From Hamiltosporidium tvaerminnensis FI-OER-3-3 (taxonomy: Eukaryota > Fungi > Microsporidia): a stretch of 64,000 bases of DNA. Positions 23,590 to 37,049 of the stretch are shown piece after piece (position 1 is the stretch's first letter; each line of letters opens with the position of its first letter). The DNA is taken from contig CM061256.1 of the NCBI GenBank assembly GCA_022605425.2, forward strand, positions 186,001 to 250,000. Direction: 5' to 3'. The notes beneath the pieces are model-generated. The model was given only the letters and a program-made list of their open reading frames with translations, had not been told where the DNA came from and did no database searches. The translations under genes and the position numbers were made by a program.

Positions 23590-24110
23590 ATGAAAAAGGA
23601 GAATATAATAATTAAAAGAGAAAGGAAATAGAAGGGTAAAGTAATCGTTATTTAATAAGTAAAATGAGAATGTAATATAAGAATGATAATTAAATAAATA
23701 GAATGGAAGGGTAAAGTAATCGTTATATAATAAGTAAAAGGAGAATATAATAATTAAAAGAGAATGGGAGGAAGGGTAAAGTAATCGTTATATAATAAGT
23801 AAAAGGAGAATATAATAATTAAAAGAGAAAGGGAAGAAGGGTAATGTGGATGGAATATAAAAGAAAAAGGAGAATGTAATAATTGAAAGAGAAAGGAAAT
23901 GCAAGGGTAATATAATAAGTAAAAGGAGAATATAATATAAGAATGATAATTAAATAAATAGAATGGAAGGGTAATAAATAAGGAAAGGTGGGTAAGTATA
24001 ATAAGAAAAAGGAGAATGTAATAATATAAAGGAAAACAAGAATGAAGGGTAATATAAAAAGGAGAAGTAAAGGTAATATACTAGAAATATAAGTAAAAGG
24101 AGAATACAGT
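23590..24110. repeat. G-rich degenerate minisatellite upstream of the coiled-coil gene
   Basis: Repeated GAAGGGTAAAGTAATCGTTATATAATAAGTAAAAGGAGAATATAATAATT. Confidence 0.85.
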
Positions 24111-24477
24111 AGACTAATGTATATCTAAATAAAATATATTTTTAAGAAAAGGAAACACATGAATAACTTAATGGAATAAAAATATTTATATAAAATCAAA
24201 TACTAGTCTGTCTTTAATCAGGTATTTATTTATTTACTTAAGTTCTTTAAGTAAATAAAAATCCTTTTTAAAATACGAATTATTGACTATGGTTATATCA
24301 TATGAAAGCAGATTTATTGGTTTTTTTTGCTTGGCTTAGCCCTATCTTATTATGTCTTATCATATTAAACTCAAGTTTTTATGTTGTATGTGACGCTTAG
24401 TTACTTGTATGGTATTCGGTAATACTTTTTATTGAGTTACATCTAATTCTGTTTTTATTTAAAACTATTTTCAATCA

Positions 24478-24630
24478 AAAGAAATTGTTTCGACTGTCTT
24501 CTTAATATAATATACCTATTCTTATATATTTATAGGTATTTGAAGTCTTTTAAGTTATATCTTATGTTATTTTGTCACAATAACATCCCGGGTTTTACAT
24601 AAGGGATTATATCAACACTACACTTATAAT
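24478..24630 (-). mobile_element. Degenerate internal fragment of the R4/Dong-type LINE
   Basis: GAAATTGTTTCGACTGTCTTCTTAA...TTGTCACAATA...ACATAAGGGATTAT.TCAACACTACACTTATAA matches 18563-18718. Confidence 0.8.
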
Positions 24631-25605
24631 TAATATTTTAAAATATTGATAATTAAATTCTTAATTATTGATATTTAGAGCAAATATTTATAAATGGATA
24701 ATTTATATATCCGTAAATTTTCTTAATAAGTTTGTTATTTAATATTTAAATATCGGATTTAGTCATAAATTACTTTATTAGGTGATTTTCATTTCGTTTT
24801 ATAGGGTTATTTTAGTATAATTGTTATCAAGAATCTTAAAAAAATGACTCATCATTATTTCTGATAATATAAATCTGTAATAAAGTTTCAATATGTTTAT
24901 TACTCTTTGTACTGTCTGATGTGGAAATGCTCACTCTGTTTATTACTCCTTGTATTGTCTGATGTGAAAATGCTCAATCTGTTTCACGCTTAGTTATACC
25001 AACTGCAATACTGATATTCTAATGTTTCTATAATATTAATACTCTGTTATTTATTTAAGAATATATTTTATATTTGATTTGAAAGATGTGTGCGTTGAAA
25101 ATGGATTTAAATTTAATTCCTTTGGTAATTTAAAGAGATTTGAAGTATCTATTTAAAATTTTTCTAACTTTATTTATCTTAGAATAAATATTTTGTTTCT
25201 GTTTTTTTGCAATAAATTTATTTTTGTATTTATTTTAAGTTTTACTTTGGTATTCACAATTAAATATATTGTAAGAATTAAAAAAATTGGTATATCGTTA
25301 TATCAGCATCAAAATGCGATTGCAAAAATAGTGATTTACATTCTTTTATTTGTTTCATCGGGTATATAAACTTATACTAAAAGAAATTGTCCCGAATATA
25401 GCTTAAATATGAACGTATAATTCATATAAGTTATATTTATTTGTTTTAAGTTTAAATATATATAATTTAGAATTATGAAAAAACAATATTAAAGTGTAAT
25501 TCTAAACAATAGAACTATAAAAAAATATTAAATTTCAGCACTAATATGTGTGTCTATGAACTTCATTTCATGAAAACCAGGGTTATTGTACCAAAAACGT
25601 ACCAG

Positions 25606-25800
25606 TACTACTACAAATTTGCACCATAGCTCTTAAGAGACCAAGCTTCCTTAACGATTTTTCAAATTTATATTATTTTGTTTCTGTTTTGTAACAATAT
25701 GGTTTTTTGAGATAAGAGGTTAGCTCTATGTTCAACCCTCCTTCTTATCTGGGCTTGAAATCGACAGAGCAGTAATCCTCGTATCTCCGGTAGTTATCCA
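25606..25800 (-). mobile_element. SINE family 2 (RTE-type tail, twister-like head), copy 1
   Basis: Homologous to 54008-54428. Minus-strand (TAG)n tail; head contains CAAGCCCAGATAAGAAGGAGGGTTG. Confidence 0.7.
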
Positions 25801-27307
25801 GAACATAACAATTTTAAATGTAAATTAGTACTTAAGTCACACAATTGTGTTTAAATAAGATTAATTTAAAGTTCTAAGTATTTTAAAATCACTGTCTTGT
25901 TTAAATGTTAGTTAACTTTTTATTATGAATTATAACAACAATTATCGGTAATAAAAAAAATTTTGTGGATAACTCTTTAATCATTGGTCTTTCTCGGATG
26001 ACACACGAACTAATAAAGTTTTGTGTAAAAAGTACAAAAAAAATGACGGATCTACTAAACTCTTCCATTTGCTCAGAATATTATGTTTCATGATAGTATT
26101 AGAAAAAAAATTACTATCAAAAATTCAAATTGTAAATTGTAATGTTAAATTGAAACAAATATTTATTGTAAAATCAATTTAAATATAAAAGGAATACAGA
26201 TTGCAATCGTTTACGGTGCTTAATTTATATTAGGGCTTGAAATATATAATAAATGCCTTAAAATAAAGTATAATATATATCAAAAATATAAGATATAAAT
26301 TATATATTAAATTTGTTTTTTTAACCAGAAAACCGATGCATACGCAGTTAAAAATTCTAATTATTGTGTATAAGATTGGTAATAAGCATTTGATACCCGA
26401 GCTTATCTTTTATGTGTTTATATTTTAGATGATCTTGGGCATTTTGGAATTCTTAAGTACAAAAAAGATTTTAGTTCCATCTTATTATACTTAAATGAAA
26501 ATAGATATGTCGAATTAGAACTATCATTGCATATGATTTTATGAATCTATTGGATATAGTTAAACATAAATCTTAGAAACTTTAACTAAAAGCTTCTGTT
26601 CTTCCATTATTACTAATAAAATAATATTACATAAGAATAGATTTATATTTCAAGGTGGAAATGTCATATAATATTTAAAAATATAAATGAAAAATGCTTC
26701 TTCCAGCAATAAATTTATCGAATTTTTAGCGTTCATATTTAATAAAAAAAATAAAAGTTTTTTCTTTTTCTATTTTTGGTTTATTAACATATTTACTTTA
26801 AAAATATTTTTTCTAATCGACAAATATGACTTAATAAAAAGATATATCATAATGTAAACACCATAGTGGCTATATTTAGTCAATAAAAGGGTATTTTATA
26901 TTGATTTACGCATAGAGAATATTTTTTAAAAATTATATGACAGGTTGATTTACACAATAAAAAAGAGATATTATTTTATATGTACAGCGTTTTAACAGAA
27001 AAAAGATTGGAATTAATTAAATTGGTTATTTTAGTAGAAAAAAATCAAAGAGAATATGATTAAGAAAGAATTTAAAGCATGTCTATTAGATTTTATTGTA
27101 TAAGTCATTTTTGTTATAATTTGCAATAGAATACACTAAAAAACATATATTAAGTAGAAAAGAAGATATTATGACAATATAACGACTTATTAATCACCAT
27201 AGAGTACAAAAAAGACGATAAAAAGATTTTTTATGATTAAATATTTCTACTTTTTAAAAAAATATCAATCTATTTATATATTTCTTAATGAATATTTCCC
27301 CTACAGA

Positions 27308-29659
27308 ATGAATGCATTTAATTCAAAATTATTTCATCGTTTAATTTATATATTATATTTCTTAATTAGAATAAATAATATAGCAACTCGAAAATTTACT
27401 TTTATCTTCAGAACAAACGAAGATTCGCAAATTTTATTTTATGAGATGGAAAAGAATGAAAAAAATGAGGAAGAAGAAGCAGATGAAGAATTTGAAGAAG
27501 ATTACGAAATTAAAATATTACATGGATATGAGAATAACTACTATGATATTTCAAAACCTTTTTTTATCTATTCTAAAGAAAACTTAGTAAATTTTGAAAT
27601 ATTAGACTCAATCCTGCCTATGAATACATCGAAAAATGAACATAAAAGTGGAATTATAGAGTGTAGATATCAATTATCATGTTTTTTAAGATTGACCAGA
27701 GACGTGACCGAAGTCACAAATAATTTGAATATACAACAGTTTAAATATATTCTGATGACTTTGAAATTTTTAAAGGCAGTAGAAAATAAAAATATTACAA
27801 AGCTGCTACAAGTTTTAATTTTTAATAACTTTTTTTATCAAAAAGACTATAAATTAAGAAATTATAATCTTCATCTTATTCAAATTTTAAATTCTAGTTT
27901 CTTTACACAGATAGATTTCCATCTTAAAAAGAATATAATGTCAAGTTTCCTTAATAGCTTAATGATTAGATATGATTTTTACGACGAAAATTTAATTATT
28001 TTTAAAAATTCCAAAGAACTTTTTGATTATTCTATGTTTAGCGAGCATATTCCCTATAAAAATTTAATGATAAACAATTTTGATGCATTTTGTAGTGTAG
28101 AAAATATTTTAAGAGACTCCAATGTTCTAATTATATTTCAAATTCTATTAAAAGAAATAAATATAAAATCACTTATTCTAAACAATTTCTTTCGACATTT
28201 AAATCCTGATGAAAATTTCGCTTTTTTGATTTCTAAAATAGAAATCTTTAAAGCCTTTACTATTTCGAATTATAAAATCCCTGCTAGTCCGTTTTTTCTA
28301 TTCTGTCTCATAGTATCTATTAATAATAATATAGAATATTTAAGATTAGAAAATATTTCGTATTGTAGATTAAATCTTAGAGGTTTATTGGAAGGAAAAA
28401 AACTTAAAGGATTAATCTTATCTAAGATAGGTTTAACCGAAAATGCTTCACTGATTAATGAGTCTAGAAATGTATATGAAACAATAGAATATATTGATAT
28501 TCAAGGCGTTTTTCTAAACCACTCTATTTGGCATGAAATATTTCAATCTACGAATTCCAGTAAAATTATACTTCATTTTAATAATTCTGATATAGAAGAA
28601 ATCTTTATAAACAATCTTAAAAAATTTGAAATCCAGAAGAATAGTGTTTTGTACTTGGAAATAAAATTCAATTCCAATACTCTACCGAGAGGATTTTGTA
28701 ATTCTTTAATACATTTTAAGAATTTAAAAACTTTAAAACTTGATGGATATATAATATATGAAGATACAGAATCTCTTTTATATAAAGCAATATATTATAT
28801 GAAGGAATTGGAATGCCTTGTGTTGTGCCAGAATTGTCGAAATACAAAACCATACATTTTCTTGCTTCAAAACTCAAAAATTGATTGTTTGGATATACAA
28901 AGCACATCTAATAATAACGATGCTATAATGATTGAGTTTTTTAGACTTCATAAGTCAATGACAAGAATTTCTATTAAAGATGCCAAAGTTAGTTCATTAT
29001 GTTTAAAAGAAATATTCAAACAAAAAAATTTAATACATTTGTGTTTAGATATTGATATTCTGCCGCCTCAGGTGGATCAGGAATCTCTGACTTTCAAGTC
29101 AAAAAATATTCATAACCTAGATTTATGTAATAATACTTTGAAATATATTGAAGGGGTAGATATACTTTCTAAACTATATCGTGTACACACCTTGCGTATA
29201 TCTAAATGCAATCCACCACCAGGTTACCTCTCGAAATTAAATAAAAAATGTAATTCATACGTAAAAATACTTACATATGAATACGGTATTTTAGATTTTG
29301 ATGATCTAAATAGAATTGGAAAACTCGGAAATCTGTTGAAGCTAAATTTACTTGGCTGTAAATTCTCTGGTTGCAGTTTTTTCGATCTAGTAACTAGTTG
29401 CAAATTTTTTAAGAGTCTAAAAACGATAAATCTTTTGAATTCAAATATTAAAATGAAAGATTTTCAATGTATGAAACGATTTAAGAAACTTAAAAGGGCA
29501 GTGTTTAGCTTTACGGAATTTAATTTACTAACTTTGAAAAATTCTTTGGCTTCTTTACAGATATGTAAATTAAAATTTCATACTATGTTGGAAGATTCTA
29601 ATTACAATGAATTTTGCTTATATCTTAATGAAAGCAATATTTATATACTCCGAGGGTAA
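27308..29659 (+). CDS. Lineage-expanded LRR-like protein with hydrophobic N-terminus
   Basis: C-terminal LxxLxLxx repeats (LKTLKLDG, IHNLDLCNN, LLKLNLLGC, LKTINLLNS). Paralogous to 49924-52278. Start placed at MNAF (27308) because CCCC precedes it and the paralog begins MNSF; the track uses 27233. Confidence 0.8.
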   Translation: MNAFNSKLFHRLIYILYFLIRINNIATRKFTFIFRTNEDSQILFYEMEKNEKNEEEEADEEFEEDYEIKILHGYENNYYDISKPFFIYSKENLVNFEILDSILPMNTSKNEHKSGIIECRYQLSCFLRLTRDVTEVTNNLNIQQFKYILMTLKFLKAVENKNITKLLQVLIFNNFFYQKDYKLRNYNLHLIQILNSSFFTQIDFHLKKNIMSSFLNSLMIRYDFYDENLIIFKNSKELFDYSMFSEHIPYKNLMINNFDAFCSVENILRDSNVLIIFQILLKEINIKSLILNNFFRHLNPDENFAFLISKIEIFKAFTISNYKIPASPFFLFCLIVSINNNIEYLRLENISYCRLNLRGLLEGKKLKGLILSKIGLTENASLINESRNVYETIEYIDIQGVFLNHSIWHEIFQSTNSSKIILHFNNSDIEEIFINNLKKFEIQKNSVLYLEIKFNSNTLPRGFCNSLIHFKNLKTLKLDGYIIYEDTESLLYKAIYYMKELECLVLCQNCRNTKPYIFLLQNSKIDCLDIQSTSNNNDAIMIEFFRLHKSMTRISIKDAKVSSLCLKEIFKQKNLIHLCLDIDILPPQVDQESLTFKSKNIHNLDLCNNTLKYIEGVDILSKLYRVHTLRISKCNPPPGYLSKLNKKCNSYVKILTYEYGILDFDDLNRIGKLGNLLKLNLLGCKFSGCSFFDLVTSCKFFKSLKTINLLNSNIKMKDFQCMKRFKKLKRAVFSFTEFNLLTLKNSLASLQICKLKFHTMLEDSNYNEFCLYLNESNIYILRG

Positions 29660-31174
29660 TGCGATAATTCGATTTATTATTACTGATGAGGAAGTGATAT
29701 TTTTGTAATTAAAAATATTTAAATAAACTTTAATAAATTAAAATTCAATATAAGATAGTTATATATTACACAATTTTTTTTTCTTAAAAACTTAATTTTA
29801 GATATTAAGTAAAATATAAAAGATTTATGTTTGTTAAATTTTAATTTTGCACTTTGACTTTTGCATGGCACTTATTTTGTCTAACTCGTTAAGGACGAAG
29901 TATAAAATAAATTGGTTTATAAACTATTGTAGTACAACGACAGACACTATAACAGAAAAAAATTTCTACTTTAATGAACAAAAGTAAAATAACTTCAATA
30001 ATAAGTAAATTTGTATTTGTCACTGCAGACAATTTTTTTAATGAAAATAATTTAAACAGTTTCTAAATTCTGTAAAAACAGAATTTATGATTTTATACAA
30101 ATTTAATACAAGGAATCTATTATCGAATTATTTTAATTTATTAAGAATATCTAATTAAAGAATAGTAGCAATTTAGAATGATATACACTAACATTCAAAT
30201 AACCGTAGTCAAAAAACCCATCGTATATTTTTCATGATTTCAATTTAAAACTTTTACATTTTAAATAGTTAAAATTTTTTAAGAAATACTTTTGGTCTCG
30301 GCAGATTTTGCTGTATTTATATGCATAGTCTTGCAATTTAAACAAATCAAAAATATTTTTCTTCGCCAGACAAGTAATCATTAGTTCTTCCATAGTTTTC
30401 TTTTAGAAATGGATCTTTGGATTCATAATATAGATTAAAATATTTTTATATCTAATAATTTGGTTTTATGATTCGGCATTTATTTTCGATTCAGCCTATT
30501 TATGAAAATAGCTATTTAATTCAATAATCAGTAGATTGAATTGCGTCGAAATAACTTCTTTTTGCTGTATATAATAAGCATTTTCAGTAAATAATACATA
30601 GAAAGCGTAGAAACTTATTAATCTAAGAAATAAAATCGCCGTACATAATCTAATATCTGCTATTTATTTGATTTACTTTTAGAAAAGGTATAGTATTTTA
30701 TACAGAGTCATAAATTATTTAAAGATTTTACTAGCATAATAATTCGTAAATGTAGGAATCTATTTCGAACGCCATTATAGGGAACTAAAATTTCATTATC
30801 TTAGATTTTGGTGTTATGACATAATTCAAACAATCTACTCCTGTTAAGTAAATATTTCCATTTTACGTATTTAAGAGTAATTGAATCTAGTTCTGATATA
30901 CCAAAGAGATATAATTTAGCGGTTTGTGATAATTTTGCTCGGTTAGGTATATTTAATTGATTGAATTTTAAAAAAAATCTAAAATGATTAAAATAAGAGA
31001 ACTTGAAAAATTGATATCGATGTTGTCTGGTGTGTCTTGTATAAATATCTTAAAAATAAAATTTTCGCAAAATATTTTGAAATCAATAGGCCAAGAAATC
31101 ATTGAATTTATCTCTAACATACAAAATGTACTTTTAATGAGAATATAAATATCTGTTATACTTTATTTAAAGTA

Positions 31175-31888
31175 CACATCTTTTTAAAATAGTGGCAAGT
31201 GTTATATTTGTTTTTATGACATTAACGCAGTTTTAGGTTTAACATAAGTGACTGCTACCCCAACACTCTATCGGTAACCCCTGCGATACCTACATCCCAA
31301 AGCCTTTCATCTACCAGGTGTGTAGAACCTAATTAATAGGCGAGGCAGTTGCCCGGAGTTCGTTAATGTCCGTTGCATGGAGTGTGATCGAAGGCTGAAG
31401 CCTCCCCTAGGCTCCCCTAAGACTATGCAGCATTCCCACTTGTTCTACACTTCCTGAACCCAATAAACTTCTAGCTAAGATATATTTCAGAGATTTACAT
31501 GGGGTCCACCTAGACAGTGCAATGTCATACCAACAGGTATAACCTGCTAGTTAGCTTTCCTGGCTTTAAATGGTTGTTTGTTTTGTATCTCTCAGGCGCT
31601 AAGTCTTCTAACCCGAGTGAGCAAGGCTAGGTTTCCATGCTTTTACATGGCAATTACCTACATGTTCAGCTGCGGTCTGCAATCTGGCTACATAAAAAAC
31701 TAAAAATAAATTTGTAGAAAAAGTTTCTCCATTTCTTAGACCTATTCTCCTCATAACAACTCCCATGGAACAACCGAAGATGTAGTGTAGTTGTATTTCC
31801 ACCAAAAATCAAACAATGACCTCGCACCAGTTTCACACACTCATTGCCAAGCAGAAAGTTTTTTGTGTCGTTATCCTCCCTCCACTAT
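31175..31888 (-). mobile_element. Unclassified ~700-bp dispersed repeat, copy C
   Basis: Reverse complement of copy D. Ends ATAGTGG (31189) ... CCACTAT (31888). Confidence 0.88.
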
Positions 31889-34800
31889 AAACATCAGTTA
31901 TATATATTTATAAAAAAATATATACATATGTTATAAGATTACTAATAGCAATGTTTGAAACTTTAAGTTTAGTTGGTAATTTATTGGTGGAATTTAAATT
32001 TTTAATGAGACTGCATTTGAAATGATCAAAAATATATAGATATTTTATTTTTAATTTAAGAAAAAAATAGACTGCAAAGAACAAAATAGGCTAAAGTATC
32101 AATCAAAACAAGTGATTAAAAAAATATCACACACTTACACCTATTTATCAGCAATTTCTTTTACAACAAAACAAACCTTCCACCTAGCTAAAACCGAAAT
32201 AAACACCCGTTACGAGCCTATGATATTTTTTTTGCCAACATATTCTATCATTCATCGGCTTTTAATACATAAATAAAGAATATGGAAACCCTAACTTGTC
32301 ATATAGATTTTATAAAAAAAAATAAGCAAAAAAAACCAGCCGAAAAGGCTTATTACATAACAGGCAATAAGTAGAAATGGCTTTCCGATAATAATCATTT
32401 GCTGTATACAAAAAGTTTTTAAAAACAAGACATAGTTATAAAGAAATCACAAAGAAAATCAAGTTCACATGTGCCTTTATTTTAAAAAGAGAAACACACG
32501 ATGAACTGTAAACTTGAATGAGTCAAAAATAAGGTTCATATTAACGATAAATTGCCAGCTTTACCCTGGTTACCTTGGTTTGATTAGAACGGTTAGCATA
32601 TAACTTTAAGGGATAGAAATTGAAGCGATTTAAAAAATATCTTTGAATGAAAATCGAAAAAAAAATGTTCAAAGCAGAACTGTGCTAAATGACAGGCTAG
32701 ACATAAAATGCGGTAAAATACTAATATTTTGTCGAAATTTATCCAATTTCTTACAAACACTAAAGATTTAAATATATTGACAGTATTGTACAGCAGAAAA
32801 CTTATGCCTTGGCGTTCTACCGATAGAGATTATCCTAGTTCCGCCCGAAAGGACACTTAGTAAATAAAAATGCTTGGAGGAACTTAAAAAGACAGCGTTT
32901 GCAAGCTTTTTTTCCCTAGAAAAGCCAATAAAGCATAACCGAAAAACCTAGAAGTCGCCTTGTAAAAGTTTAAATCAAACACCCAAAAACAATCTTTTTG
33001 CGGTTCTAGCCTTGAAGAATAAGTCTTTGGATTTTTTTAGAAAAAATTAGATCAATAGAAAAGGAAGCAACTTGATAAACTGCTTATATTTTCACCTATA
33101 ATAAGGTCAACTTAATGTAGGTTCTCTGAGTATTTCATATTAAGCATCTGGATAATTGTGAAGTTATTGGGGATTTTGATCGAAAATGTAGGAAAATAAT
33201 ATCGACTAGTCAAATATATATACCATGATGAGATTTATGGGAATATTTTAAGCCATGGATTCTTAGATTGATTATTATATAAATATAATAAACTAGCTTA
33301 CCTACCGCGCATTTCCTCGACAATAAAAGAAAGTAAATTCAAGTTTAAAAAAATAGAAACATACATTAGTTTATTTATTTAAACAATATTTATTTTCGTT
33401 TGATATCAAACACTAATATTCTTTGTTTCTGTTTTGGTATCTAAAAGAAAAAACTAGAAGAAATTTTCACAAAAAAAGTGCTACATGGAGTTGTCATATG
33501 AGAAGCACAATTCAAGCAAATCTATTTTACACACTGCAGCGTTTATCTGTATGTTTTATTGACTTTTTAAAAGTGTGTTGTAAGGACACTTACTTATTCA
33601 AAGGGATTACCTTTTAGAACTTTGAAATGAATGGGAACAGTAAATTCTCATTAATACTAGATGTATATCCGTAAAAATATTTACTGAATTACACTTGCAC
33701 ATAACACCTATCCTATTTTTCCGTATCACCAACACCCTTTAATACATTACAATCTATATTAACAACCGGTTAACCCATCACAAATTTACCAGCACCCTTT
33801 AGACCAAACTTTCATATTACCATCCTTCAAGATACTACGCTATTTATAAGCACCATTCAAATTTAATCAACCCTATTAATACCTTCTATAAAAATTCCAG
33901 CATAGATTTTTTAGTTTATTCTACCTTTGTGATGAGATTATACCTTTATCTTAAAAAATAACAACCTTCATTTACAGTCTGTAAACACACACACACAAAG
34001 ATATACACATACATACATTTATTTATATATGTAGATTATATCCCTATATGGAAACTGATAGAATTAATCGTATAAATTGATTTTTTTATAAATTAAATTT
34101 GGAGCATACGCAATAATATTTTTAATGAGATAAGAATTAGGAAAAACATATCAAGATATTCACTTCTACCAAAAGAAAAAAATAGACTCTAAAAGGCACG
34201 CTAAATAATACACCGATTGCAGAAAAATACTTACATAATAAGCCCATAAAATTTAGCGAAAATCATATGGCAAAACTGTCTAAAATTCTATGAAAATAAA
34301 CAGTCGCAAGAGTTTAAGCAAAATTTTCAGTAAGATCTATGCAGCAGCTATAAAAAATGGTTCAAAATATAACACAATATAAAATGTAAAAAGTCATTAT
34401 CGAACGACGTTTTATGTTGTAAAAATAAAATGATTTAAGATTTACTGCGATCTTTATGAAAAATTTCATTTTAATTTTCTTGATTTAAAATCTAAGGTTA
34501 TTATAGCAACAATTTAATATTGCAGATTTATTACTCAATAAAGTCAAATCAAATCACAAGGGAAACCTTCAAAAGTTATATAAGCGAAGAAATTGAAATT
34601 AAGTTTACTTTTAGTGCTATGATAGATTCTCTGGGCAGCAATAACAGGGATAATGCGCCAAATCGGTAATAGATACGATACTTGTTCTAACCAAACCCAT
34701 TTTTTATGTGTATTGGTCATTATAAGCTTATTTTTATAACGTTTCAGGGTCTAGACTCGGTAACAAAGGAAGTAAAATCCTTTTTTATATATGTTTAAGG

Positions 34801-36040
34801 ATAGACAAAAGGAAATCAATAATAAATATTGGATATACCGGCATAACTGCAACCTTTCTAAAGTGTTGACAAGGAATAATACTTTGAAATAATAGCTCAT
34901 GATATATGGTAATCTACGAGCGGTTTAAGTAGGAAAGTAAAAGAAATGCTAGAACTAAGAGCAGACAAAAATTTAGAAGAAATCAAATACAATATTGTCA
35001 TTTTTTTACAAGAAAAGAACATACATTGTTATTATGGGGTTATTTTGGAGCAATTCATGTCGAAGCGTTTAATTTCGCCGAGTCTGTGATAAAGTTTTTA
35101 AATGTGAATGATAAAGAATATAACTCGATTTAATATCAAAAGATTGCTTTTTATACATAGATTGAAATTTTAAAAAATCATGTACAGTTTTTTTATGTGA
35201 AGCTAAAATATTCTTTTTACTCTTGGGTTTTATGGCAGTAAAGAAAGAAATATCAAACATAAAAAACAATATCAATGTTATAAAATCAAAATAAAGAGCT
35301 GCTTCTAAAGGGAAATATTTGATCCAGCTAGATATAGAATAGAAACAAATATCATTCAGAAGCATTTAAAAAGGCTATACTAGCACAGTTATATAACAAT
35401 ATGAAGAAAAAGAGCAGCAAAAGAAGCCATATTATGTAAGAATATATTTGATTTGTTCATTTTATTGCTATTATAAGTATCTTTGAAGCCTGATCCTTGC
35501 TTTTAAAAGCGAAAATGATTAAACATTTAATTTAAAATAATTTTTAAGATTGATATATGAACCGAAAATATATAAGAAGCTGAATATAAAGAGCGGTCAA
35601 ATTAAATTGCAAAATGAAAACATAACTTAACAAAAAAAATACAGGAAGTAATTATAATCAAAATTTTTTGAAAAAAATATGTTAAGCTCAATAGTATTGT
35701 AAACAAACTTAATTTTCAGATATTCTTTTGCCATTTATTAGAAATTCTTATCCAAATTATTTACAATTTTTTAAAAAAATTCAAAAGATAATTTAAATTC
35801 AAAGTATATTTTAAAGCTGCCTCAACCATATAAATATTTATAGCCGAACCAAGGTGTATTTTATTATATAATAGTAATAGATAACATTTTTATGTCTAAT
35901 TTAAAGACCGGCATATATTTATAAGAATGTTTAATTTGGAACAAATTTAAAAACAACTATCTGAAAGTATTATTTAATTAGAAACTGGCAACCGTAATCT
36001 AAAAAAATATTTTTTTTAGCAAACATAAAAGCATTTTTTT

Positions 36041-36367
36041 TTGAATTTAGAGGTGCAAATTTCTTTTGTTTTTATTATAATTTTATGGTTTGTTATAAAA
36101 GTGTTATCTATGAACCAAAATAATCAAGCAATGATAGTAAAAAACCTTGTCGATAACTTAAAAAATATGCCAAGTAGAGAATTGTTAGGTTCATATACAA
36201 TAACAAGATTGGATGACTTGATATACAGTCCAAATACTATTGATGACATAAATGAAAACGATTTCGTAACAAAAACAATAGAAACTGCAAGAAAATAAGA
36301 TGAAAAAAAGAAGAAGAAAATGAATCAAAAAATTATAAAGCGAATATTTTATGGACTTGAACAATAA
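36041..36367 (+). pseudogene. Probable small secreted-protein pseudogene
   Basis: Signal-like FVFIIILWFVIKVLS, but the start is TTG. An in-frame TAA at 36296 is followed by a continuing open frame (DEKKKKKMNQKIIKRIFYGLEQ*). Confidence 0.45.
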
Positions 36368-37049
36368 AACGACAATAATATTTTTTTATCTATTTTTTGC
36401 CTTAATCTGTTTTATTATATTACTTGGCTTTGATTGTGGATTTTAAAAATTTTCGAATTTATAAAACATAAACCAATGATACACTAGCGTTCTAATCGCA
36501 ATTTAGAAATTATGTATAAAGAAGAAAACTTCTTCTGCATTATAGTAAAATAAAATAACTTATACCGATCAAAACTTTAGAGAATAGAAATTTCCTAAGC
36601 TGAAATTTAATGTATATTAAAAATTAAATGTAGATTGGTTCTTTAAATATCGGTTTTCAATTTAAATTTATATTCTAATGAGTAATTACTCTACTTAAAA
36701 AAATTCTGCCTTAAAATGCCTTTTGACCGGTTTAAAAAAAATAACCTTATACTAGTATACTTTCTCTTCAAATAGGACACTTTATTTATTTTCATTTCTT
36801 CTGATGTAGTTTTCCTATCCTAAATGACGGATTTTTATTTGTTATTTTGAGATGTTCCACACTATCTTCATTGCATATTGCTCTATTAAAACGATTTTGG
36901 TTACCCATGCATTTCGGCTTTTTATAATACACATTAAAGTTCTTTTTTAACTAATTCAGAAATCCTTCTAACAGAATTTCCCCTGATCGATCAGGAATTT
37001 TTTTCGACTATTTCCTTTATATTATCGACTGCTGTTTGATTCTACATCC

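Noticed and set aside
34300-35450. Possible decayed protein-kinase-like coding region
   Set aside because: Only vague motif echoes with many stops, and no intact HRD/DFG/APE order could be shown.
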